From sequence record SRR31156797_3202: a stretch of 52,220 nucleotides of DNA; one strand, written 5' to 3'. Of the stretch, positions 8,556 through 17,724 are shown in pieces; position 1 is the first letter of the stretch, and each line of letters opens with the position of its first letter. A program made the position numbers and the translations under genes. The notes beneath the pieces were generated by a model that saw only the letters and a list, made by a program, of their open reading frames with translations, did not search any database and was not told the origin of the DNA.

Positions 8556-9511
8556 CTACTTTTTGTTTTAAGAAAATGAGCCACTGTATCATCGATTCCT
8601 TGCTCAAATGAAACTGGTGGTTTCCAGTCCAAACACTCTACGGTATCACTAATATCAACTTGTAAGTTACCAAACACTCTTTTCGCAACATCGCGCCTTC
8701 CTATAACGCTCGCAGCCTTCTCGATCCATGATGAAGGTATGGCTAACATGCGATTAGGCTTACCCATTGAAACGGCGAGACGACTTAACAATAAAGAAGT
8801 AGAGACATCAAAATTATCAGAAACTAAAAAAACTTGCCCTGAAGCGTTTGGACTAGTACAGCATGTTAAAATCAAATCGGCTAAGTTATCTACGTACACG
8901 AGACTCCTTCGATTTTTTATACCTCCGAGCGGTAATGGAACACCTTTAAATACTAGCTCCATCATTGAGTAAAAGTTAGCCTTAACACCCGGACCATAGA
9001 CTAGTGGTGGGCGTATAACAACAATTTCCAACCCTGTTCTTTTTGATATTTCCATCAAACCCTGTTCAGCTTCATACTTGCTTAGCCCATAAGGATCAGT
9101 TGGAACATTGATATCTTTTGCTGAAAAAGGGTGCCCCAGAGCAGACTGCTCACCATTTACTTTAATGGTGCTCAAAAAAAGGAAACGTTTCACACCTGAC
9201 TCTGCAGCCTTTTGAGCAAGATTTAAAGTCCCTTGTGTATTGGTTGAGCGATATTCTTCAAGCGCATTTTCCGATGAACCTTTCATCTGATGGACTCGCG
9301 CAGCGCAGTGCACCACACACTCGATTCCATCAAATGCTCCAGCCCAATCCGTCTCTCCATCTATACTTGGAACTAAGAATGACTGGGAGTGTAATATGCC
9401 CTCATCTGGTAATGTTCTATAGACCGACTTAACGGTCCAGCCTTGCTTATTGGCTAATTTAACAACTCGACTACCAACAAAACCCGAACTTCCGGTGACC
9501 AATATTTTCAT
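8552..9511 (-). CDS. SDR, WbfT/WbpV-like UDP-4-keto-6-deoxy-HexNAc 4-reductase (often annotated UDP-glucose 4-epimerase family)
   Basis: TGSSGFVG, HCAARVHQM, LSTIKVNGE, YGLSKYEAE, RPPLVYGPGVKANF, NRRSLV. Confidence 0.85.
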   Translation of the reverse strand: MKILVTGSSGFVGSRVVKLANKQGWTVKSVYRTLPDEGILHSQSFLVPSIDGETDWAGAFDGIECVVHCAARVHQMKGSSENALEEYRSTNTQGTLNLAQKAAESGVKRFLFLSTIKVNGEQSALGHPFSAKDINVPTDPYGLSKYEAEQGLMEISKRTGLEIVVIRPPLVYGPGVKANFYSMMELVFKGVPLPLGGIKNRRSLVYVDNLADLILTCCTSPNASGQVFLVSDNFDVSTSLLLSRLAVSMGKPNRMLAIPSSWIEKAASVIGRRDVAKRVFGNLQVDISDTVECLDWKPPVSFEQGIDDTVAHFLKTKSS

Positions 9512-9579
9512 AACAATCCCACATATTGCAATTGTCCCACAACTTTAATTAAGTTTGGAACCTATCACTAGTACTTTAG

Positions 9580-10497
9580 CTAATAACATTTTCTCAAGAT
9601 ATAAGAAGATACAAGTCCTAAAGCCAATGACGGGAGTAACGTTAACGATCTAGTGACTAAAGCAGCTATCGCTGCAGTTTCTGCATCAATACCGACTTGG
9701 GTCAACAACCAACTCATACCTAGCTCAGTCGCTCCTATGCCACTAGGTATAAGTGAAAGAGCCCCTATTAAAAGGCTCAAACAGTATATACTGACAGCTA
9801 AACTCACATCGATGTATGTGTTCATTTCGTTCAATACAATGAAAAGAATAACCCCCTGAAAGAACCAAGCAAACAGGGATATTACACAGACCTTCATCGT
9901 TATCTTATACTTCCATAGCTTTGGCAGTTCTTTTAGAACATAATAAATTTTATAACGCTTAAACAAAGCACTAATTATTAAAATCGATCTTTTTACAACT
10001 ATTGGTAAAGTTATATAGGTAAGTACTATGAAAAATGCATTAAACCACTCAAGTTGTAAATAGAATGCACCTAGTAATAACACGCTTATTATATCAAAAA
10101 ATCTCTCTGAAACAAAACACCCTAAAGAGTACTCAAATGGAATAGAAAGAGGTTTCAGGAAAAATGAACGCATTAACTCTCCGGTCTTTCCTGGCGAAAC
10201 AGTGAAAGCAAACCCTGAAAAATATATCCAAACGTGATGCATTGTGGAGGAGTTTTCATCGTATAGCCTCATATATATCAACCATCGCCATACCCTCAAT
10301 AAGTAGCTTGCGATTATAAGACCAGAACATAAAAAAAGAGAAAAAACAGATATGTTTTGTATAAGGCTAACACTGCGTTCGAGTTCAAAAGACGAAATAT
10401 ATACAGTGACACCAACAAAGATCATAGCAAAAGATATATACAACTTTCGAATATGTGAGGATGCCTTCTCTAAATTCTTAGTTATATTAATCAACAT
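9580..10497 (-). CDS. UPF0104 / lysylphosphatidylglycerol-synthase-TM family flippase-like membrane protein
   Basis: YLLRVWRW, FTVSPGKTGELMR, SERFFD, LIPSGIGATE, TRSLTL. ATG at 10497 overlaps the upstream stop. Confidence 0.82.
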   Translation of the reverse strand: MLINITKNLEKASSHIRKLYISFAMIFVGVTVYISSFELERSVSLIQNISVFSLFLCSGLIIASYLLRVWRWLIYMRLYDENSSTMHHVWIYFSGFAFTVSPGKTGELMRSFFLKPLSIPFEYSLGCFVSERFFDIISVLLLGAFYLQLEWFNAFFIVLTYITLPIVVKRSILIISALFKRYKIYYVLKELPKLWKYKITMKVCVISLFAWFFQGVILFIVLNEMNTYIDVSLAVSIYCLSLLIGALSLIPSGIGATELGMSWLLTQVGIDAETAAIAALVTRSLTLLPSLALGLVSSYILRKCY

Positions 10498-10922
10498 TTT
10501 ATTAGCAAAGTTAGTATTTCTTTTGTCAACCAAGCTGAAAAAGAACCGGCAATAAGACCAGCTGCAATCTCCAATTTAGAGTGCCCTATTCTATCTCTTA
10601 GAGGCTTTTCAAATACACCTCTAACATCAAGCACATTAATTCGATAAGCATGATAACCTACTTGCTTTCTCAGGCTAGATGCATCCAAAGCAACGATGAA
10701 CGTCAATGCAACAGCAACGACAAAAGCTGGATTGCTCAATCCATCCTGTAGGGCTATGGCTGCAGCTGCACTGCTCACTATACTACTATGATTACTCGGC
10801 ATGCCGCCATACCCTATAAGATCAAATGCAAAACGGCCGGATACAATCGAATTAATCGTAAACTTCATTATTCCGGTAAACAACCAAGCCGCAAAAGGAG
10901 TTACCAAATAATAATAATCCAT
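10491..10922 (-). CDS. Divergent PAP2 family protein (DUF212)
   Basis: GGMPSNHSS, VALDASSLRKQVG, LRDRIGHSKLEIAAG. Confidence 0.88.
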   Translation of the reverse strand: MDYYYLVTPFAAWLFTGIMKFTINSIVSGRFAFDLIGYGGMPSNHSSIVSSAAAAIALQDGLSNPAFVVAVALTFIVALDASSLRKQVGYHAYRINVLDVRGVFEKPLRDRIGHSKLEIAAGLIAGSFSAWLTKEILTLLIKC

Positions 10923-10971
10923 ATATTATAAGCCCTTAATCCTCAAATTGGATACTATGATTGTATTTAAA

Positions 10972-12162
10972 CTATTCATCAGAACTTAAATCCACTTTCC
11001 ACATGCGGCTTTCCCATTGAGGATAAATAAGGAGTTCTTTAGTCTTTCCTTCTTTGAAAAGTTGGACCTGTTCACTCCATACACTCCATTCTTTTGAACT
11101 ATAATAACCATCAGCCGCGTTATAATATTTCACATACGAGACGTAAATATTCATGGCAAAGATGCAAATAATAGCAAATGACATATATATATTTTTCCAA
11201 GTAAAAGCCATTCTAGCCAGCATCAGGGAAAGCATTACACAAGTAGGATATGCATAACGTCCACCACCACCACCACCAATGGAAGTATATGACATCAGGA
11301 ATGTCAGAAATACTAGTGGGATGAGATAAAATAAAGCAATATTTCTAGATTCCTTATTTTCGGATGCAAAAAATGCCACAATCATTGCGACTGAGATAAC
11401 CGTAAATAGATCAACAGTCAACGGTGTGTGTGCATGCATATAAAAAAATGACATGCCGATTATCTTCACAAAATAATCATAACTAAGGTAGGCTCCTCGA
11501 GGTACATCAATTTGTATATTCGTTGGTTCAGATGTAACAACAGCAAATAACTGAATAACCGTAGTGAAGACTAAAAGAGAAAATATGGTGATATCAGGTT
11601 TACGCTTATATAAGTAAAATTTCAACAAGAAGAAAGGCGCCAACATATTTACCGGAGGACCAGATAGACCAGCGACCATTACTATAACAAGCCACTTTTT
11701 AGATATTTTTTCTAAGTCAGCAATCAAAAATAAGAATAAAACTATTAATAAATGAAACTGACTTGCCAACGTTTGAGAAAACACTTCAATCGTGAACCCA
11801 GAAAATAAAACTGCCACAAGCATCATTATTTTCGAACTCCACTGTTCAAAAGGCTTAACTTCGGAAAATAAGATGATATATGCCGGCAGCAACTGAATAG
11901 CGAAGGCAATAGCAGTCGTAACTACTGGCGCATATTTCAAATCAACAAATGTAGATAGATAGGTACTAATACTCGGGACAATAGAGTAATAACCTTGATG
12001 AAAACTAAATATAGCACTAACACCATTAAAATATGCATCCTTAAAATAGACGCTTGCCTCTTCAGCCCAAAACCTTGGTTCTATAAACAAGTTTACATCT
12101 TTGTTAATAAGCAGAAAAGCATATACAATAAAGGCGAATATCTTCCAGCTTATATACTTCAT
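10972..12162 (-). CDS. Polytopic membrane protein, probable GT-C glycosyltransferase (Gtr-like)
   Basis: About 10-11 hydrophobic segments. The first periplasmic loop EPRFWAEEASVYF...HQGYYSIVP carries an acidic pair. A late RY motif and a short C-terminal periplasmic tail (IYPQW) follow. Confidence 0.7.
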   Translation of the reverse strand: MKYISWKIFAFIVYAFLLINKDVNLFIEPRFWAEEASVYFKDAYFNGVSAIFSFHQGYYSIVPSISTYLSTFVDLKYAPVVTTAIAFAIQLLPAYIILFSEVKPFEQWSSKIMMLVAVLFSGFTIEVFSQTLASQFHLLIVLFLFLIADLEKISKKWLVIVMVAGLSGPPVNMLAPFFLLKFYLYKRKPDITIFSLLVFTTVIQLFAVVTSEPTNIQIDVPRGAYLSYDYFVKIIGMSFFYMHAHTPLTVDLFTVISVAMIVAFFASENKESRNIALFYLIPLVFLTFLMSYTSIGGGGGGRYAYPTCVMLSLMLARMAFTWKNIYMSFAIICIFAMNIYVSYVKYYNAADGYYSSKEWSVWSEQVQLFKEGKTKELLIYPQWESRMWKVDLSSDE

Positions 12163-12189
12163 TACAATTCCTTTACAACTATCAACTAG

Positions 12190-14094
12190 TTAATTAGTTT
12201 TCCAGACTAAATCTTCAATACCGCTCACTGGCTCAAAATCTGTCGGAGCAGACATCATTATACTTCTAATCTTCTCGTAATCTCGCTCGTGGCAGGCTAT
12301 ATCAAGATTTTTAATTAGTGCCATATACTCGAGCAATGGTAAATACTTCTCCGAAGCTGTCATAATACGGCCATGAGCTGTTGCCTCAACATTTTCGTCA
12401 CCGATTAACAGCTCTTCATATAGCTTTTCGCCTGGCCGCAAACCTGTGTAAATGATTTCTATATCTCCACTAGGATTGTCAGCATTTTTTACCTCCAATC
12501 CTGATAGATGTATCAAATTAGTTGCGAGATCAACAATTTTCACGGGTTCTCCCATATCCAAAACAAAAACATCCCCCCCTTTTCCCATTGATCCTGCTTG
12601 AATAACTAATTGTGCCGCTTCAGGTATCGTCATAAAGTAGCGAGTTATATCTGGATGAGTAACTGTTATAGGTAGTTTTTGAGCTATTTGTTTTTTAAAC
12701 AGTGGTATTACAGATCCCGACGATCCAAGAACATTACCAAACCTTACCATGCAAAAACGTGTTAAATGATTTGGGTATTGATCATTAGTTTCTGATAGAG
12801 CCTGCAAAGCTAGCTCCGCTAATCTCTTTGTCGTACCCATAACGTTCGTCGGTCTCACAGCTTTGTCTGTAGAAATAAGTACAAAAGACTCGACATTTGA
12901 TTCAATAGCAGCTTGTGCAGCATATAAGGTACCAAATACATTATTTCTAACGCCTTCCACAACGTTATTTTCAACTAGTGGCACATGCTTATAGGCTGCG
13001 GCATGATAAACAGTATTGACCTTGAAGTTCTGCATAATAACAATCAGTCGATGCTTTCTCTGAACAGAACCGAGGAATGGGAAAAGGTCTATGTTTAAGT
13101 TTTGACTCTGAATTTCGGACAAAAGTTCTTGATGAATTTTGTACAAATTAAACTCGGACACATCAAACAGTAATAGCGATTTAGGCCTATTCTTGATTAT
13201 CTGTCGGCAAAGTTCCGAACCAATGGATCCGCCAGCTCCAGTCACCAAAACTACTTTGCTTTTTATGTTTTTCTCCAATAGAGACTGCTGAGGTTCGACA
13301 GGTTCTCTTCCAAGTAAATCCTCAATCGCTACCTCTTTAATATCCTGTATCGTAGCTTTACCTTGTGCTATATCATTGATATCAGGGACGGTACGAATAT
13401 CTACAGACAGAGGTGCCAGTTTTTCGAGCACTTCTCTACGTTTTTGTCTTGAGGCATTAGGAATTGCTAGCAAAATAGTTTGAACGTTCTTCAATGAGAT
13501 TAGGTTTGATACTCTAGCTAAATTATGAACGGGTAACCCGAGCATATTCGAGCCACACAATGTTTCGTCGTCATCTATAAAACCTACAACGTTACTATCA
13601 GAAGAATTTTTAAGAGCAAGAGCTAATTGTCGACCAGATGAACCAGCTCCGAAAATTAATACATTAGGTGCACTTCGACCTATGGTCTGAATCACCAATC
13701 CTCTAAATAACAACCTTACTCCACTCAATAGTAAAATTAGTGACACACAATAAATGAAAGGTATAGAACGCGGTAATGAAAACGAAAAATAATATGAGTA
13801 AAGCGCCAAAAAAGAAGAAGAAACTACCGCACCGGAGAAAATAACGATTAAAATCTGATATCCAATATAACGTAAAACAGCTTTATATAAGCCTATCTTA
13901 TTAAAAACAAAAACGCTGGATACTATCAAAAGTAAAATTGTAGCAATACCTTCGAAGCTATTAATAAAAACAATTTCGTCCAATCTAAGCCATAATGAAA
14001 TATGAAAGCAAAGCAATAGTATTATTGTATCAATACATATACTAATAACCTTCTTTTTGAATCGTGACATTACACAGAAGTCGTTCAAGCTCAA
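12190..14094 (-). CDS. Membrane-anchored UDP-GlcNAc 4,6-dehydratase (WbfY/WbpM/PglF family)
   Basis: Four N-terminal TMs, IFGAGSSG, EDLLGREPV, TGAGGSIGSELCRQI, HAAAYKHVP, STDKAVRPTNVMG, RFGNVLGSSGSV, GLRPGEKLYEEL. Confidence 0.93.
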   Translation of the reverse strand: MSLNDFCVMSRFKKKVISICIDTIILLLCFHISLWLRLDEIVFINSFEGIATILLLIVSSVFVFNKIGLYKAVLRYIGYQILIVIFSGAVVSSSFLALYSYYFSFSLPRSIPFIYCVSLILLLSGVRLLFRGLVIQTIGRSAPNVLIFGAGSSGRQLALALKNSSDSNVVGFIDDDETLCGSNMLGLPVHNLARVSNLISLKNVQTILLAIPNASRQKRREVLEKLAPLSVDIRTVPDINDIAQGKATIQDIKEVAIEDLLGREPVEPQQSLLEKNIKSKVVLVTGAGGSIGSELCRQIIKNRPKSLLLFDVSEFNLYKIHQELLSEIQSQNLNIDLFPFLGSVQRKHRLIVIMQNFKVNTVYHAAAYKHVPLVENNVVEGVRNNVFGTLYAAQAAIESNVESFVLISTDKAVRPTNVMGTTKRLAELALQALSETNDQYPNHLTRFCMVRFGNVLGSSGSVIPLFKKQIAQKLPITVTHPDITRYFMTIPEAAQLVIQAGSMGKGGDVFVLDMGEPVKIVDLATNLIHLSGLEVKNADNPSGDIEIIYTGLRPGEKLYEELLIGDENVEATAHGRIMTASEKYLPLLEYMALIKNLDIACHERDYEKIRSIMMSAPTDFEPVSGIEDLVWKTN

Positions 14095-14133
14095 AATTAC
14101 CTACCCACTACTTAGTACAAGCCAAAGTTATCA

Positions 14134-14880
14134 TTACATTCTTTTTATTGGGAATATTAACATTCGACCGAATATAATCAAAGCACCAACAACGAACCCT
14201 AACACGCCACCAGTAAAAATGGATAGCACTTTATTGGGTTTTATCTCGACAGGAGGGTTTGTTGCAGAAACTAGCAAAGATAATATTTTAAATTCACTAT
14301 TTTCAAGTAATGACTCTTTTATCAATAATTTACTTTTAATATCTAAAAAATCTGATTCTATAATATCAGAATCAAGATCTGATGTATTTATCCTTTCTAT
14401 AGCTTTAAGCGCTAAAGTAATTTTTTCTAATTCTCTTTCTTTTATTCCAGCGTTCGCATTGTCGACAAACTGCTTCACTACTTTGTATGGCAAGCCTTTT
14501 TCAATTGAGCTCATGGAAACAGATAGAATTCCATTTCCTTTTTTTGTAATTGTAAGGCCCGAAAATGATGATACATCACTATTCTGATTAGCTACTTTAG
14601 TAAAAAAGGTCGCACTCTTAAGATAATTCAGAATGCTATCGAGATATTCTGGTCCATTTAACTCCTGTAGGCTGTATGGGTCATTAACCACTTCTAGTTC
14701 AGAACTAGATACATACACCGTTGGCTTGTTGTAAACAAGGAATGCCGAAACTGATGAAAACAACAACATAAGAACGAGTAAAATAGTCTTACCATTCCAT
14801 AATGAAAAAATTATTTCTTGTAATCCTATTTCTTGTTCAAGAGATTTTCCATCGAAGGTAGTTTGAGTATTAGCTTTCAC
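14134..14880 (-). CDS. Short Wzz-like polysaccharide co-polymerase
   Basis: EIGLQEIIFSLWNGK before TM1; PPVEIKPNK and GGVLGFVVG around TM2. Confidence 0.75.
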   Translation of the reverse strand: MKANTQTTFDGKSLEQEIGLQEIIFSLWNGKTILLVLMLLFSSVSAFLVYNKPTVYVSSSELEVVNDPYSLQELNGPEYLDSILNYLKSATFFTKVANQNSDVSSFSGLTITKKGNGILSVSMSSIEKGLPYKVVKQFVDNANAGIKERELEKITLALKAIERINTSDLDSDIIESDFLDIKSKLLIKESLLENSEFKILSLLVSATNPPVEIKPNKVLSIFTGGVLGFVVGALIIFGRMLIFPIKRM

Positions 14881-14937
14881 TTTATATCCTATCTAAAATA
14901 TTGAAACCAAAAACGTCGAAAATAAAAGATGTAGATT

Positions 14938-15987
14938 CTAATATAAGTCCACGTACTTTTTCGTAATCACTTTCCATGTATATCTTGTTTCTGCAACCTC
15001 TAGCATTTCATTATTGCTTCCTGAATGACGCTCATTTAAAAGATCACATAGATCATATTCCGAACTAAAATAGAGTGCTTTATGATCAGTTGTATACTTA
15101 TTGAAAACACAGTCAAACGCATAGACTTGCTTCCCAAAGTGCATAATTTCGACTAAAGACGGATTCGTTCCGCCGACAGAGTGGCCATGTATATATCCCT
15201 TACAACCCGAACGATATTTATACAAAACATTTAAATCATAAATAGGGTCAATAATTTCAATATTGTCAAAGTGATTATACTTACTCTTTAGCTCCACTCC
15301 ATAACTACTACTATCCCAATTACCGATAAACTTAATGTTTTCTGAACTTTTTGAAAACGCCTCTAAAACCAAGTGGACATTGTTCTCTGGTTCAATCCTG
15401 CAAACAGATAAAAAATAATCACCTAAAATCTTACTTTCTGAACAATCACTGTTTTTATTTGACAACGCATGCTCACCTCCATAGGCAATCACCTTAGAGT
15501 GTATATTGTATTCACTCTTTACATAGTCATAAATACCCTGATTATCGGTTACGATTAGATCAGAAAATCTAATTGCGATCTTTTCAGAAAATTTTAAGAA
15601 CCTAGATGCGAACTTGCTCCACTTGTCCCTTTTCCATTCAATTCCATCTATATTTGTTATAACTTTTTTATTAGAAACTGCTTTGAAAACCGGTAAAAAA
15701 ACACACCCAGAAACCCCTAAAATTAAAATAGCATCATACTTCTTATAAATACACATTATCAGTGATGTAATATCATAGATAATACTAGATATGCCATTTG
15801 CAGAGAAAGGAAGGTATATTAGCTTTGCTCCGTTGTACTCGCGGTTTTTTTTAGCGTAGGTCTTAGATGAACAAAAAACTGTATATTCATTCTCTTTATC
15901 ATTTTTGACAATATTATCAACCAGTGTTTCCCACCCACCATAACAAGCTGGTAAACCTACGGTACCGACAATAGCTATTTTTTTCAT
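14938..15987 (-). CDS. GT4 glycosyltransferase with DUF1972 domain (WchF/Cps2T-like rhamnosyltransferase)
   Basis: IAIVGTVGLPACYGGWET, NIDGIEWKRDKW, CRIEPENN, HGHSVGGTNPSLVE. ATG at 15987 forms an ATGA overlap with the upstream gene. Confidence 0.85.
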   Translation of the reverse strand: MKKIAIVGTVGLPACYGGWETLVDNIVKNDKENEYTVFCSSKTYAKKNREYNGAKLIYLPFSANGISSIIYDITSLIMCIYKKYDAILILGVSGCVFLPVFKAVSNKKVITNIDGIEWKRDKWSKFASRFLKFSEKIAIRFSDLIVTDNQGIYDYVKSEYNIHSKVIAYGGEHALSNKNSDCSESKILGDYFLSVCRIEPENNVHLVLEAFSKSSENIKFIGNWDSSSYGVELKSKYNHFDNIEIIDPIYDLNVLYKYRSGCKGYIHGHSVGGTNPSLVEIMHFGKQVYAFDCVFNKYTTDHKALYFSSEYDLCDLLNERHSGSNNEMLEVAETRYTWKVITKKYVDLY

Positions 15988-16934
15988 CGACGTCTCTCCT
16001 TTATAGCCATGAGTGGCATAATTATAATTAGTGGCACTGAATAGCGCATAAAAGATGTATAACCAGGCGCCAACATAGAAATAAATCCTAATACAAAATA
16101 TATCTGATAAGGAAACATTAATTTTCGATAAGTAATCAATGACCAAATCTGGCTCATAATTATACCTATCGACACTGCAATATACGCCAAAGCAGGACTC
16201 AGAGCTGAAAATGTTCCAGTCATAGTAATAACCGGCCATATTGATGCTCTAATGAAAGTCCCATACCATCCATACTCTTGAAAAGTGGGTATCTGATCAA
16301 AATCTCTAAAAACCATGTTTGTTGCATTTTGTCTATCAATAAAGTCGAACAGGTGACCACCAAAAAATGGAATAAACAAAACCACAAAAAAAACAAACAT
16401 CCATAAATTCTTGATTTTTCTTAAATTTACAGTAGCAGATATATACATTATTCCTGCCACTCTGAAAAGTATGAGAAACAATAGAACTATATAACGATAA
16501 AAACTACTCCACTTACAAAAAAGAATAACAGTAAAAAATATAATAAACGTATCTTTCAATACGTGTATGGATAAATGTAGCCTATATGGATTAAAAACAA
16601 CAAACACGACAAATAAAATAAAACTTGAAATCGTATATGTGGTATATATGTTTCTATAGTATCTAACCATTATAATATTAGTAATCGCATAAACAAAAAC
16701 GTTTAACGATGTCAAAACCCACAGCGAACCATTAAATAGATAAGCCACTAAATAATAAAAATGATTAACTACAAGATACGGACTCTGAAATATAATTGAA
16801 ACTGTTTCATAATATTTCTGTGTATAAGTAATTGCATCAGGATGAAAATCCCAACCAATTCCAACAACCCTTTCCATTAAAAGAACTGAAAAAGATAAAA
16901 AAACTGAAAGTACAAAAACAGCACTATCTTTCAT
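15984..16934 (-). CDS. Polytopic membrane protein, candidate Wzy-like O-antigen polymerase
   Basis: 316 aa, highly hydrophobic, with first loop GWDFHPDAITY, LKDT and a late RY. Located in a Wzz-containing cluster. Confidence 0.5.
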   Translation of the reverse strand: MKDSAVFVLSVFLSFSVLLMERVVGIGWDFHPDAITYTQKYYETVSIIFQSPYLVVNHFYYLVAYLFNGSLWVLTSLNVFVYAITNIIMVRYYRNIYTTYTISSFILFVVFVVFNPYRLHLSIHVLKDTFIIFFTVILFCKWSSFYRYIVLLFLILFRVAGIMYISATVNLRKIKNLWMFVFFVVLFIPFFGGHLFDFIDRQNATNMVFRDFDQIPTFQEYGWYGTFIRASIWPVITMTGTFSALSPALAYIAVSIGIIMSQIWSLITYRKLMFPYQIYFVLGFISMLAPGYTSFMRYSVPLIIIMPLMAIKERRR

Positions 16935-17724
16935 TAATAAAAGTTCCTTTACTATTCTGGTAACCTAAATAGGCTAATGCTGAAAAACTCACATAGTACA
17001 TAATGACCGCAATAGCATTAAAGTAATACATGCTTATCAACAGAGGTAACGAGAAAGCTCCTAAATATATAAGTAATCCAATTTTCTTTATATTTCCGCT
17101 AACACTACGAACCTCAAAGTCCAATTTTTTCAACACGAGCCCCAAACCAACTTGAGTTATAATAAACCAGTATTTTAGTTCAGTATCTTCAGTAAGCAAG
17201 TAAGGCAGGAGTAATAGTGTACCTGAATAAAAAACATATGTCGTAGCTATCCACTTCACTGGAAAAGATATATCAAGACGTTTTGGTTTTTTATTCTTAA
17301 TCATTAGCCAGAATCCAAAAGTTAAAATAGCAATAACTCTTATTACGATAAAGAATAAAAAATCACCATTTGGATATAAAAAAGGTAATGCTGTAAAAAT
17401 CAAAACCAACCTAAAAGAATACGATATTTTTCCTTCGGCAGCCTGAGTACACAGGTAATCTCCCAATAGTATAGAAAAGGGTAATATTGCCCAGACATAA
17501 TTTTCCCCAGAAAAAACCAAAGCTAATAAAGATATAAAACTAATAAGAATAAAAACATATGCATATTTAATAAGCTTGGTCGAAAAAAAGACCGTAAATG
17601 TTAGGCTGAAAAACACATTAGCCCACATATAAGTCGTTAAAAACTGTGAGACTATATTTTGAGGAATGCTGTGAATGATTACTGGATTTAAAATATAGCT
17701 AAGTAAAAAAAGAAAAAAATTCAT
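16924..17724 (-). CDS. Polytopic membrane protein, candidate small O-unit flippase
   Basis: 266 aa, about 8-9 hydrophobic segments with few loops. Overlaps the downstream Wzy-like gene. Function is inferred from context only. Confidence 0.4.
   Translation of the reverse strand: MNFFLFLLSYILNPVIIHSIPQNIVSQFLTTYMWANVFFSLTFTVFFSTKLIKYAYVFILISFISLLALVFSGENYVWAILPFSILLGDYLCTQAAEGKISYSFRLVLIFTALPFLYPNGDFLFFIVIRVIAILTFGFWLMIKNKKPKRLDISFPVKWIATTYVFYSGTLLLLPYLLTEDTELKYWFIITQVGLGLVLKKLDFEVRSVSGNIKKIGLLIYLGAFSLPLLISMYYFNAIAVIMYYVSFSALAYLGYQNSKGTFINER

Noticed and set aside
11261-11278. (CCA)6 repeat encoding six glycines in the GT-C protein
   Set aside because: Short in-frame triplet repeat that cannot cause on/off phase variation.
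14057-14587. 176 aa + strand ORF
   Set aside because: Antisense shadow of the Wzz-like gene. The many other short antisense ORFs in the track were rejected for the same reason.
15988-16239. N-terminal extension of the DUF1972 glycosyltransferase in the ORF track
   Set aside because: Overlaps the upstream membrane-protein gene. The true start is the ATGA-coupled ATG at 15987.
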